Shown piece by piece: positions 12,744-23,700 of a DNA stretch of 64,000 nucleotides. The notes below the pieces were generated by a model. That model made no database searches. It saw only the letters and a program-made list of their open reading frames with translations, and was not told the origin of the DNA. The position numbers and the translations under genes are program-made. The DNA comes from Macrostomum lignano (taxonomy: Eukaryota), in NCBI GenBank assembly GCA_002269645.1, contig NIVC01001322.1:148598-212597 (forward strand), given 5' to 3'. The number at the start of each line of letters is the position of its first letter. The stretch's first letter is position 1.

Positions 12744-13028
12744 TGTTAAAGCGTTAAAGCGGATAACTGTTCAGAACAAAAGAATAAGGAAAAAAGTCGG
12801 ATTCTTAAAAGTATTTTTCTTGCCTTCAGCACTTCTGCCGGTCTCGCGCAGACACAAAAAAACTTACCAAACTTACCAGAAAATCGCACCTTTTAATTAT
12901 TATTTAAAATTTGGTGGGGTTAACAGAGAGAGGGGGTTGGCTCATTTACATTAAATAAAGAAAAAATACATCTACAGTTAAATAAGTAAAACCCCAAAAA
13001 TATAACAAAAAACTGAACCTCCAGAACA
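12744..13028 (-). repeat. Putative 5' LTR of the Bel/Pao element (TGTT...AACA, about 285 bp)
   Basis: The inner end abuts the PBS. The outer end is placed at TGTT where the 29-bp array starts. There is no second LTR to confirm the boundary. Confidence 0.55.
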
Positions 13029-13204
13029 TGGTGTTGGGTGTGTTCAAATCTAAGATATGGTGTTTGGTGTGTTCAGATGTTAGATATGGTGTTGGGTGTG
13101 TTCAGATGTTAGATATGGTGTTGGGTGTGTTCAGATGTCAGATATGGTGTTGGGTGAGTTCAGACGTTAGATATGGTGTTGGGTGTGTTCAGATGTTAGA
13201 TATA
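13028..13204. repeat. 29-bp tandem repeat, about 6 copies
   Basis: Unit TAGATATGGTGTTGGGTGTGTTCAGATGT. Confidence 0.92.
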
Positions 13205-14017
13205 GTGTGCTTGTCAATGTAGAGAACATTTTAATTGTAATAACAAGTTTGTCAGCTCCTGTCTGCTCTCGGTCGCAGAAGGCTTGTCTGGTGCCCTTTA
13301 GTTTTTTTAATCTGAAGATATTAAAATAATAGATTTCGTAGTCAAATATCTACCCGGTTACCTAGTAGTCACAAATGAAACAATCCTCTTTCAAGTAACT
13401 GAGGGAAAAATAATTTATTTCTAGCAAAAAATCGCTCGACTATGCATGTAAGCGGTGGCACGAGCAAAAATTCACGGTGGAATAGAAATTATAGCTTCAC
13501 ACACGATGGTTGGATATCGTTCAATCAAATCGACACCTGGCCGGATTTTATGACGCATTAACAAGCTCACATCTGGGCGCGTATTGAGTTACTTATGCAT
13601 GCGCCATGCAGTCTGTTTTGACCTTAACGACGCCGCGCAAACGTGTTCAGGCATATTTTCATTGATCCTTTTATCGGCAGATGTGTCTCACTAATTTATT
13701 ACTTTAATCCATTGCCGCGCAAGGACTTTACTAGATGTTGAATTGTTATCAGGACGTAAAACTCGCATTCTGAGGAGAATTTATTTGTAGTCAAAATCTC
13801 GTTCAAAATCCATTACAATTGGTCTACGAATAATCTAAGTTACATCAACGTAAATCAACTTTGGCCAATAGGAGTTCATGTGTGAGCAGCTTATTGAGAT
13901 CTCAGTAGAGCTGCAATATATAAGTTTCATTCAGACCTCTTCTACTAGCCAAACGAAACCAGACTCTAGCTTGCCGTTCACCGTACCTGAATAGAAGCTT
14001 CCGGTCCTCGAGTCAAG

Positions 14018-15394
14018 ATGCATTCATTCCTGCGAAGCTACGATCATCATAAAGAGCATCGGGCCAGAGCAGACCATCGAAACCATGCAGCAAATCTGCC
14101 CGACCTGCCCGCGCTGCAGCAGCATCCGAGGCAAGAGCACAGCTGCCAGCAAGAACGCTGCCAGCGCGTGCTGATCAACGTTTCTGGGGAGCTGTTCGAG
14201 ACCCAGCTAAAAACGCTGGACCGCTATCCAGACACTCTCCTAGGAGACGAGACTAAACGACTGGCGCACTGGGACCCCGATCGATGCGAGTACTTCTTTG
14301 ATCGGCACAGACCCTCTTTCCCGGCCATACTCAACTTCTACCAATCCGGTGGGCGCCTCCGCCGTCCGCAGGAGGTGCCCGAGGAGATCTTCTACGACGA
14401 GTTGCGATTCTTCCAGTTCAACCGGGATATTATTCGCGACTTTCTACTATCCGAAGGCTACGCCAGGCGAATTGTCAAGCGAGTCGCCGGGCAAAGCTTA
14501 CGCGCTCGCTTGTACGCCACGTTTGAGCATCCGGAGTCTTCGAATACGGCTCGAGCGGTGTCGGCGTTTAGTGTATTGGTCATAGTGCTGAGTATTGTGC
14601 TATTCTGCATTGAAACAGTGCCTGAGGAAGCCTTAGACACGGAGAGATGCTCTCAGGGCGGCGTCGAGTATTTGTATCGGCCAAGCCCCACAGCTGCGCC
14701 GTCGCGTGCGAAGCATTCTTTGGTCTCTCCGCAGCACCAGCTTAGCTGGATTTTTATTCTAGAAGCTCTTTGCGTTTCCTGGTTTACATTGGAGTTCATA
14801 ATTCGAATGCTGACCTACCCGTACCCTCGCAGGGCTCTGCTGTACTCCCTGACTAACTGGCTAGACGTGGTCAGCATCCTTCCGTTTGTCGTGTCAGCCG
14901 TTTTCATAGCCGACGGCTGTCTAGACCAGCAGGTCTGCTCGCGTCGCTCTTACCTGCTGAAAGCGTTCGGCTTCCTTCGTGTACTTCGAGTGTTCAAGTT
15001 TCACAAGTACGTTGCCGGGATGCAGATACTTGGGCGAACTTTGCGAATGAGCTTCCGCGAGATGACTATGTTTGTGTTCTTCTTGTGCATCTGCGTTGTG
15101 CTCTTCTCCACGGCGATCTACTATACGGAGTCTGACAATGACCGGCTTCAGTTCAGTAGCATCCCGGACTCATTCTGGTGGGCTGTGATCAGCATGTGCA
15201 CAGTTGGATACGGAGACTATGTGCCGCGTAGCCTCAGCGGCAAACTTGTTGGCGCAATTTGCGTAGTAGCCGGCGTCATGACCATAGCGCTGCCAGTGCC
15301 CGTGATCGTCACCAACTTCAACACCGTCTACAGGCAGGCTGTGCAGCGCAGGGTCAGACCTGAGGTTGTTGAAGAGAAACTGATTTACGCCTGA
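14018..15394 (+). CDS. KCNA: Intronless voltage-gated K+ channel alpha subunit, Kv1/Shaker-like (458 aa)
   Basis: T1 domain (RVLINVSGELFET...EYFFDRHRPSFPAILNFYQSGGRLRRP), S1-S6, S4-S5 linker GMQILGRTL, pore SIPDSFWWAV.SMCTVGYGD, S6 IALPVPVIVTNF. The symbol denotes the family, not a specific ortholog. Confidence 0.95.
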   Translation: MHSFLRSYDHHKEHRARADHRNHAANLPDLPALQQHPRQEHSCQQERCQRVLINVSGELFETQLKTLDRYPDTLLGDETKRLAHWDPDRCEYFFDRHRPSFPAILNFYQSGGRLRRPQEVPEEIFYDELRFFQFNRDIIRDFLLSEGYARRIVKRVAGQSLRARLYATFEHPESSNTARAVSAFSVLVIVLSIVLFCIETVPEEALDTERCSQGGVEYLYRPSPTAAPSRAKHSLVSPQHQLSWIFILEALCVSWFTLEFIIRMLTYPYPRRALLYSLTNWLDVVSILPFVVSAVFIADGCLDQQVCSRRSYLLKAFGFLRVLRVFKFHKYVAGMQILGRTLRMSFREMTMFVFFLCICVVLFSTAIYYTESDNDRLQFSSIPDSFWWAVISMCTVGYGDYVPRSLSGKLVGAICVVAGVMTIALPVPVIVTNFNTVYRQAVQRRVRPEVVEEKLIYA

Positions 15395-15940
15395 ACTTCT
15401 TCAATTAGTTCAGCCAATGCGTCGTTTGCTAAGGACATCTGGTGTACAAAATTAGCTCGAAGCTGACGTGAGGATAGTTTGTTTACTAGGGCGTGGACTC
15501 GAAAACTAGATATTATATAGCTGGATAGTTGTAGGAACCTATTGCTATTGCTTCTACGCTAGTATTTGAAATTTCATTCGGAATTTTTTTGTTAATTCTG
15601 ACCCAATAAAGTACTTGCAATACTTTGAAACTTGCTTGCTCGGTCTCTTCCCGATTTGAAAAATCCCAATCCTGATAAATCCGTTGGATGGTGTATAGCT
15701 GATATAGGATCCAACTGAAGCAAAGAGAATCGAAGACAGCGGATTTCATTGGATTTAACAAAAGTCAGGGTTTCAGTGGCTCACTCGATTCTGTTGTTAT
15801 TTTATATTTATACTATGCAAAGTAGAAATAGTATGGAAACCTATGGTTTTTTTCGATAAAGCTCACTAGCAATCTGCGCTCCTTTTAAACTGTCCATGTA
15901 TACAGCTCACAATTATTTTCATTTTTCTTTTCATTTGCTG

Positions 15941-16985
15941 TTGAGAATCTGCTTCTCCGCTCTTCCTCAGTCCTTGAGAATCTGCCACGCCGCTCTCTCT
16001 CAGTCCTTGAGAATCTGCCTCGCGGCTCTCCCTCAGTCCTTGAGAATCTGCCTCGCGGCTCTCCCTCAGTCCTTGAGAATCTGCCTCGCGGCTCTCCCTC
16101 AGTCCTTGAGAATCTGCCTCGCGGCTCTCCTTCAGTCCTTGAGAATCTGCCTCGCGGCTCTCCTTCAGTCCTTGAGAATCTGCCACTCCGCTCCCCCTCA
16201 GTCCTTAAGAATCTGCCTCGCGGCTCTCCCTCAGTCCTTGAGAATCTGCCTCGCGGCTCTCCCTCAGTCCTTGAGAATCTGCCTCGCGGCTCTCCCTCAG
16301 TCCTTGAGAATCTGCCTCGCGGCTCTCCCTCAGTCCTTGAGAATCTGCCTCGCGGCTCTCCTTCAGTCCTTGAGAATCTGCCTCTCCACTCTCCCTCAGT
16401 CCTTGAGAATCTGCCTCTCCACTCTCCCTTAGTCCTTGAGAATCTGCCTCGCGTCTCTCCTTCAGTCCTTGAGAATCTGCCTCGCGGCTCTCCTTCAGTC
16501 CTTGAGAATCTGCCACTCCGCTCCCCCTCAGTCCTTGAGAATCTGCCTCGCGGCTCTCCCTCAGTCCTTGAGAATCTGCCTCGCGGCTCTCCCTCAGTCC
16601 TTGAGAATCTGCCTCGCGGCTCTCCCTCAGTCCTTGAGAATCTGCCTCGCGGCTCTCCCTCAGTCCTTGAGAATCTGCCTCGCGGCTCTCCCTCAGTCCT
16701 TGAGAATCTGCCTCGCGGCTCTCCCTCAGTCCTTGAGAATCTGCCTCGCGGCTCTCCTTCAGTCCTTGAGAATCTGCCTCTCCACTCTCCCTTAGTCCTT
16801 GAGAATCTGCCTCTCCAATCTCCCTCAGTCCTTGAGAATCTGCCTCTCCACTCTCCCTTAGTCCTTGAGAATCTGCCTCTCCACTCTCCCTTAGTCCTTG
16901 AGAATCTGCCTCTCCACTCTCCCTTAGTCCTCGAGAATCTGCCTCTCCACTCTCCCTCAGTCCTTGAGAATCTGTCTCTCCGCTT
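15941..16985. repeat. 33-bp minisatellite, about 31 copies
   Basis: Unit CAGTCCTTGAGAATCTGCCTCGCGGCTCTCCCT, with recurring variant blocks. Confidence 0.96.
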
Positions 16986-17858
16986 CCTTCCCAATTAGCA
17001 ACCAGCTCTCAAAAATAGAAAAAAATCTGTTTCAAGAATTTCAAATAGCTTGTAGATCGAATACCCTAATTATTTTATATAAACACTGGCTCTACAGTGC
17101 CCTCTCAGTACTGTACGAGCATTGGAATTTTTGCTTACAGAGTCAGATCCAGATCAGGCCACAAACTTCCAGCGGAGCTTGTATTTGCGGTTTGAGTAAA
17201 ACGATCCAGCCACTACGCAGTCTTATCAGTTGGTAAAACCACACGGAGCATTAAACTGAGTTCGGCATTTTTTATCGAGTACTCAAGGGACTGCAAAGGC
17301 AGATTAGCACGGCATCGATCGGAGGCCGGAACGGGGACTTGTTGCAGAAAAATTGTCCAAAACAAAGTTGAAATGTCATTACAGTTACTTTGCTGGCGTA
17401 ATGCAGTTATTGGGAGATTTCGATACATTACCAATGACTCCATGGATTCGTAAGTATAAATGTGTCTACCATTTTGTACTTAGTATAATTTTCTTTTAAA
17501 CGAACTTGTTTCAGGTACCTGCTTTAAAACAAGTGCATAATTTTTTAGTTTGTAAAAGTACATGTCGCACTTTGTCGCTCTTGGAAATTGCCAAATTTTT
17601 ACGTAGCTTAGTGATCCAGCACTCCTGCTCGAGCACTATTACGACTCGATCTGTAGGGCCCAGTAAATACTGAAAAACTATAAATTTTATTGGTCGAAAA
17701 CACACATTCGATTGGAGAACTAATCCGATCGGGGAGATAGAGCCTATGGTCTTCTTTGCCTGTGGGCAGAGCAAATTTCTGCGCATTTTCATAGTACTAA
17801 GCTAACTGGGAGAACGTTTTGCATCACCATCGAACAGAACTAAATGCGCTAGTAGTAT

Positions 17859-18300
17859 GTGTGTCGCCATGGATTTTATGGTGGGGGGGGCAGAGTCAAG
17901 AATACAACATGTACATGACTAAATTGCTACATTTCCATTATTTTGGAAATCGTGTGTCAGCGCTCATTTTAGCGCTGCAGGCACTCTTTGTGGCGCCGCA
18001 GGAACTCATTGTGGCGCCGCAGGCACTCATTGTGGCGCCGAAGGCACTCATTTTGGCGCTGAAGGCACTCATTGTGGCGCCGCAGGAACTCATTGTGGCG
18101 CCGTAGGGACTCCTTTTTGGCGCTGTAGACACTCATCTTAGCACCGAAGGTATTCCTTTTGGCACCGAAAGCGCTGTATTTTGGCGCCCTGAAGAAGCAT
18201 TTTTTATTACTACAACGGGTCAAAAGGTGGGGTGGGGGGGACAAAGCATTGGCATGTCCCCCTGTCCCCCTGTCCCCCCCCCCCGGTGGCGACGCGCCTG
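17859..18300. mobile_element. Putative MITE containing a 21-bp tandem repeat (about 11 copies, 17961-18190)
   Basis: Imperfect 11-bp TIR: GTGTGTCGCCA (17859-17869) versus the reverse complement GCGCGTCGCCA of 18287-18297 (two CpG-type transitions), flanked internally by G and C runs. Internal unit GCAGG(A/C)ACTCATTGTGGCGCC. Confidence 0.45.
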
Positions 18301-18374
18301 GTATGTGTAACAAAAGCAGTATGCGAGATTTGCCTCATATTTTAAGCACCGAAAAGGCTCCAAAAGGTTGAAAT

Positions 18375-19244
18375 TGTAGTAGGGGGTTTAGTTCAAGCAG
18401 TTTTGCTAAGGGCGTTTGCCAAGGTTTCCGATTCGTCGAGATAATTATTTTAGTTTTCCGAAATCGAGAATAAGCAGTTTTGCTTTTACGCTACTGTTAG
18501 TAGTTCACCCTCGGGGAAATATCTGAAGTTGTGGGAATTCGAGTATTAGCGGGTTCCTCTATTAGTAAAAGGCTGTTTTTCCTCGGGAAAAGCATCCGTT
18601 CGGGACAATCAGTCAAGGATCCGTTCAGGACCGTCCATCAGGACAATATTTCAGAGACTAAGTCTCAAAGCACAAACTCAAAATATAAGGGAGTCTCCCC
18701 TTGTATAAAGATAGAAATACTAAAAAAATTCTAAAACAGAAATTAAGGGTAAGTTAGGGTAAAATAGGGAGGCTAAGAAGGAGTCTACCACTTAGTCAAA
18801 ACGGAGTCTACCGAAGAATAGGAATAAATTAGGTAACATAGGGAAAGACTAAGGGAGTCTACCATTAGTCTAACTAAGAATCGGAGTCTACCGAATTGTT
18901 AACATAGGGATTAATTGTATACCTTCTTTTGCATATTTGGTTTAATAATATTTCTTTTGTTTGTTTGATCTAAATAATCTTATATGAAATTGACTCTTGT
19001 CTCACTTATTTTAATTTAACATTAATTATAAGGGGCATTAGTCTGGTGGCAGCGACCTACCAAATAAAAGTACGTAATAGCAGATTAGTAGAGCAAAGTA
19101 AACCTAAGATCGTAACAACTATTCATCCAATTTAAGGTAGCTAGGAAATCTTCTAGCTTAATCTAAGCCCGGAGTCTCTCGAGCTTAGATTAATCAAATT
19201 AAAAATAAACCAGTAGCCTAAACCGCAGGTACCACGCTTGTCCA
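18375..19244 (+). repeat. 5' LTR (870 bp)
   Basis: TGTAGTAGGGGG...CTTGTCCA; identical by eye to the 3' LTR except for one extra G in CCCTCGGGGAAAT. Confidence 0.96.
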
Positions 19245-19246
19245 AT

Positions 19247-19256
19247 TGGTGGCAGC
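19247..19256 (+). other. Primer-binding site, probably tRNA-Leu
   Basis: TGGTGGCAGC lies 2 nt after the LTR and is complementary to the metazoan tRNA-Leu 3' end (...GCTGCCACCA). Confidence 0.7.
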
Positions 19257-19664
19257 TTAGGGGATTAGTAAACCCGAGAAACGCAAAAAGTTAAAGACTG
19301 GTGCAAAACTAGCAAAATCAGTAATATATATAACCTGCAAAATAAAAACGTTTCGGAAAGTCAGAATCAGGAGAGAAGGTAATCTAAATACTGAAACTAA
19401 TGCGATAATCCTAAATCCTAGGATTAACAAATTAAAGAACGAATTAACGCTTCTATTGAACTAGCAGTTTCGAAATTTGATAGCAAGGTCATAATTGACC
19501 CAGTTAAAAGTGAAGAGATCACGCAGTCTAGCAGTTCTGTTCACAAATTAGAAATAACCAATTAAAAACTAGTTAAATAGATCAGTGACTCAGGAGTCTC
19601 CCAGTCTCACTGAATTCAATTAATAGTAAGTATCAGAAGCGATAATTCGTAATTCGAAAAACTA

Positions 19665-20675
19665 ATGGACGCCAACGAAGTAGTAGAAGCTCTGGCTGAA
19701 GGAATTAGAGACAGACTAGACATTAGAAAGCACATTAGGATCCAAAAGTACACGCCTAATCAAGATATAGACGTATGGATTCAGGCTTTTGAGCAAAGGT
19801 GTATCGCAGATGAGATACCTGCAGCCGATTGGAAAAATGAACTACTATCTAATCTAGATGTCCAATCAGCGTTTGCTATTGTGACAAGGCTGAATTTAGA
19901 CCCTAATCTACCGTATGCTGAATTCAAGGATAGGCTCATCGAACGATTCACGCATGCGGGTAGTGCCCAAGAAGCTAGGGAAGAATTCCGCAGCAGATAT
20001 CAATCTAAGACAGAGAGCTCTGACGACTATGCGGAGAAGCTGACAGAGTTAGCCTATATGGCATTTCCCCACCTAACTAATGACCAAAGACAGGAAGAAG
20101 TGGTGGAACAATTTATTAGAGGTGTTAGGATAACCCTAGAGGCTAGGGAGAAGCTACTGCTAGCACAGGCGAACACACTCCAAGAGACACGTCGAGTTTT
20201 GCGACGTATCGAAATGGCGTATACCATGTCTCGCCGAGGTAGAGATCCAGCTCAGTGCAAGGCAACTGGAGGAGATGAGGCGGAAAGTAGCTTGAGGGAG
20301 TTAGTCCGCAAGCAAGGTGAGACACTAGAAAGCCAGCAGAGGGTACTCCAGGAGTTGCTTCGACACCAGCAGAGTGCTGAGCAGAAGGCTAGACAGAAGC
20401 CGTACCAAGGCCAGCAACAGGGCCAAGGTCAGAAGCAGCCAGTAAAGTGCTTCAAGTGTGGGAAAAGCGGTCACATAGCTAAGCATTGCCAGCAGCAGCA
20501 GAATCAGCCGCAGTTTCCGCAGCAGCAGTTTCCACAACCACCACAGTTTATTCCGTACCAGCCGCAGTACCCGCCGCCGCAGTTCCCGCAGCAGCAGTTC
20601 CCGCAGCAGTACCAGAATAAGAATCAGGGAAACGGAGTAGCCGGAAGCGTAGGAGGCAACGCTTTCCAGAAGTAG
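19665..20675 (+). CDS. gag: Gypsy Gag (336 aa) with CCHC zinc knuckle and Q/P-rich tail
   Basis: Retrotransposon-gag-like core (DIDVWIQAFE...FRSRYQ...DDYAEKLTELA..AFP) and the knuckle CFKCGKSGHIAKHC. Confidence 0.93.
   Translation: MDANEVVEALAEGIRDRLDIRKHIRIQKYTPNQDIDVWIQAFEQRCIADEIPAADWKNELLSNLDVQSAFAIVTRLNLDPNLPYAEFKDRLIERFTHAGSAQEAREEFRSRYQSKTESSDDYAEKLTELAYMAFPHLTNDQRQEEVVEQFIRGVRITLEAREKLLLAQANTLQETRRVLRRIEMAYTMSRRGRDPAQCKATGGDEAESSLRELVRKQGETLESQQRVLQELLRHQQSAEQKARQKPYQGQQQGQGQKQPVKCFKCGKSGHIAKHCQQQQNQPQFPQQQFPQPPQFIPYQPQYPPPQFPQQQFPQQYQNKNQGNGVAGSVGGNAFQK
20627..20667 (+). other. Programmed -1 ribosomal frameshift signal (G GGA AAC plus downstream stem-loop)
   Basis: The heptamer at 20627-20633 is in the correct Gag phase (cag gga aac). 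The -1 frame is open from 20621 into the protease. Stem GGAAGCGT (20643-20650) pairs with ACGCTTTCC (20659-20667), 9 nt downstream. Confidence 0.8.
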
Positions 20676-20740
20676 ACAGCCAGCAGTCTGTAGCCTCGCA
20701 ACCTGTAAATAGCAGCGATAGTTTTTCTGTAAATAGTGAA

Positions 20741-23700
20741 TTGAATTCTTTGTATAACAGTAGACATGCGCAACCATTTAATCAATCATTTAATCAACCA
20801 AATATTTATTCTCAGCACTTTTCACACGCACCACAGCAACAACCTTGTTCTAGTAAGCAGCAAATTAAACCACAAAATTTAAGCGAACCAACTAAGAAGC
20901 AAAATTACGATCCGTATATTACTGGCAGCATTCTAAATAAGGAGGTAGTTTATCTATTAGACACTGGCAGCAATAGGAACATTCTAGGACGTGAAACCTG
21001 GAAACACTTGTTCACTGGCAAGAATAGTCACTTAATTAAACAATGGAACAATAGAATCGTATCGTTCACAGAAGAGCCGATTCCAATTAAAGGTTCCGTA
21101 GTTATTAAGGCGACATTCGGTGATTTCGAAGAAGAAATAGAGTTTCTCTTATGTGACGCAGAAGTAGACAATGTAATAGGCGTGACGTTTGTCCAACAAT
21201 ATTGTAATGCTATCGACTTTGAGACAGGAATGCTAACTATGAAGCAGGGAACCAGAATTCCACTTCGTTCTACCAGAGCTAAGCCTCAGGTTAAGAGAAT
21301 CTATGTTGCAGAAAAGAGACAGTTCCAGCTAATAGTTCAGGATTAGTCAAGGTTAGATTAGCCACAGGTAGTGAATCCAATTTCGGAGTGCCGTCAGTTG
21401 TTGAGCCACTCAGATCAGGATTGAAGACTAGAGCAGAGAAGGTAACTGTAGTACCAAGCTTAGTAACTCTAAGGCAAGGAGAAGCGTATCTAGAAGTGAT
21501 TAACACCAGCTCACAGGAAGCTAGAGTGCCAGCAGCAGCACTAGTAGGAATGGCTAAGCCACTTTTCGCTAGTGAATTAAACTATCTTAAAGATCAACCA
21601 GAGAAAGAGCAGTTATGCCAGAATAAGAACACGCAGTTTTGCGAAAACATCAGACAGGTTCAAGACAAGTCAGAAGACTGGATTAGTGAGATTAACATAG
21701 GAACTGAACTGACTCAGGAGCAGAGACAGAAGGTGATCGAAGTCGTCAAGGAGCATTCAGCAGCTTTCTCGCAGCACGAGTTAGACTTAGGCAGAACGCA
21801 TTTAGTCACACATGAGATTATCTTGAAGGACAACAACCCAGTTCAGATACCAGCTAGAAAGATTCCACCTCATTGGATCAAGGAGGTAGATGAGCAGTTA
21901 GATCTCATGTTGGCTAGAGGCATCATTAGGCCTAGTTACTCGCAGTACTCGACTCCATTAGTCATAGTACCTAAGAAAGATGGTTCGCTGAGATTAGTTA
22001 ACGACTATCGAGCACTAAACAACAAATCGGAGTACTTTCCGTATCCAATAACTAATATTAATGAAACATTCTCGTGTCTCCATGGAGCCAGTCAATTTTC
22101 TACGTTAGATCTATTCTCAGGATATTATCAGATAGCTCTTAGGGAAGAAGATAAATGCAAAACTAGTTTTCCAACTTTACATCGAGGCTCGTTTGAGTAC
22201 GAAGTTTTGCCAATGGGATTGCAAGGAGCTCCAGGAACTTTCCAAAGGTGCATGAACTTAGTTCTTAAGGACATTGCACAGAAGTTCGCCATAGCTTACT
22301 TAGACGATGTAATAGTTTATAGTACAGACTTTGAATCTCACTTAGAACACCTGAAAGAAGTGCTCAAAAGACTAATCCAAGCTAATATGAAACTAAAAGC
22401 GAAGAAATGTCACCTTTTCAAATCAGAACTGCAATATCTAGGACACATCATAGGCAAATCAGGAATTAAAAGGGATGCGTCAAAGTTAGAAACGATTAGG
22501 AACTGGCCAAAACCTAAATCTGTGACAGAGCTTCGAAGTTTTCTCGGACTCTGTAACTATTATCGAAAGTTTGTTAGAGATTTCGCCGAGGTAGCAGCAC
22601 CACTCTGTGAGCTAACGAAGAAGAACATCAAGTGTATCCAGGACAATTGGACCAGGATTCATGATGAATGCTTCGAGCTGTTGAAGGAACGGATGTGTTC
22701 CGAAGAAGTGCTTGCTTACCCAGAGTTTAATACGGACCCCCAAGTTTATTTTGTGTTAGACACTGATGCATCAGATGTCAGAATTGGGGCGGTCTTAAAT
22801 CAAGTGCAGAGCGACGGAGTTGAGAGACCGATCGCGTATTATAGTCGAAAAATGAGGCAGTCAGAAAGTAGATACCCGATTACGAGGAAGGAGCTTCTAG
22901 CGATTGTTGACTCGCTGAAGTACTTCAGGTTTTACCTCGTAGGGAAACGTTTTAAGGTGCGCACTGATCACAATGCCCTAACCTGGTTGCTTCGCCAGAC
23001 CGAACAGACAGGCATTTTAGGTCGTTGGATCGAGAGACTTAGTGAATTTGATTTTGAGATTGAGCATAGAAGTGGCCCTAAGCATGTGAATGCTGATGCT
23101 CTATCCAGGATCCCGGATCCTCAACAGGATGAGTCATCCCCATATGCCAGGTCGCTTAGCTGTAGGGCAACTGTGAACACAGACCCAGCATCAGCTGTTA
23201 CTGTGAGCTCAGGCAATTCCGCGCAAGCCGAAACCTGTAGTCTGCACAGTGGAGTTACGTCATGCTGTTCGCCGCAGAATATGGCGCCGAACCGACACAA
23301 TACTCCGAGTTTTAGTAGCAGGTTGCTAAGCAAAAGGCAAGAACAGGAGCCTAAGGAAAGGTACCCGCTTGTTTGCAATGCACTGCTGAGTGATTACCTT
23401 CGTAGCCCAGTGCGTCGCGAAAATTTGGTCGCAGCTCAGCTAGCCGACCCCGCACTAAGCTATGTCAGGAATCTGATTGAATCTGACTTGCCGAAACCGA
23501 ATTTTCAAGAAAGACTAGAATTGTCTCATGAGATTAGAAATCTGCTAGGTTACTTTGAACTCTTCAGGATAGAAGGCGGTGTTCTCAGAATAGACTTAAA
23601 TTTAGGGCGGACCGAATCTAAAGTGGTGTTGCCCAAGTCTTTGGATGGTGAAGTTTTTCACGAATTCCACGATTCACCGTTAGCAGGTCATCTAGGAAGA

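Larger units (their letters stand above)
10970..13028 (-). mobile_element. Truncated Bel/Pao LTR retrotransposon (5' LTR, PBS, frameshifted gag; pol absent)
   Basis: DUF1759-type gag IPNFSGDKRQYEGWKAAF...KLLQLRQCLQGDALKLI...ALDRLEREYG, continued by QKKLPTDTLARYHRW. The gag is split over ORFs 12718-12419, 12399-12013, 12040-11381 and 11472-11056. Confidence 0.85.

Noticed and set aside
14018-15500. Recent retrocopy origin of the Kv1 (and nAChR) gene
   Set aside because: No poly(A) remnant or TSD visible; intronless Shaker genes are common.
21290-21346. Second programmed -1 frameshift (retrovirus-like gag-pro-pol)
   Set aside because: No XXXYYYZ heptamer in the short overlap; one added A in the A4 run gives a normal contiguous Gypsy pro-pol.
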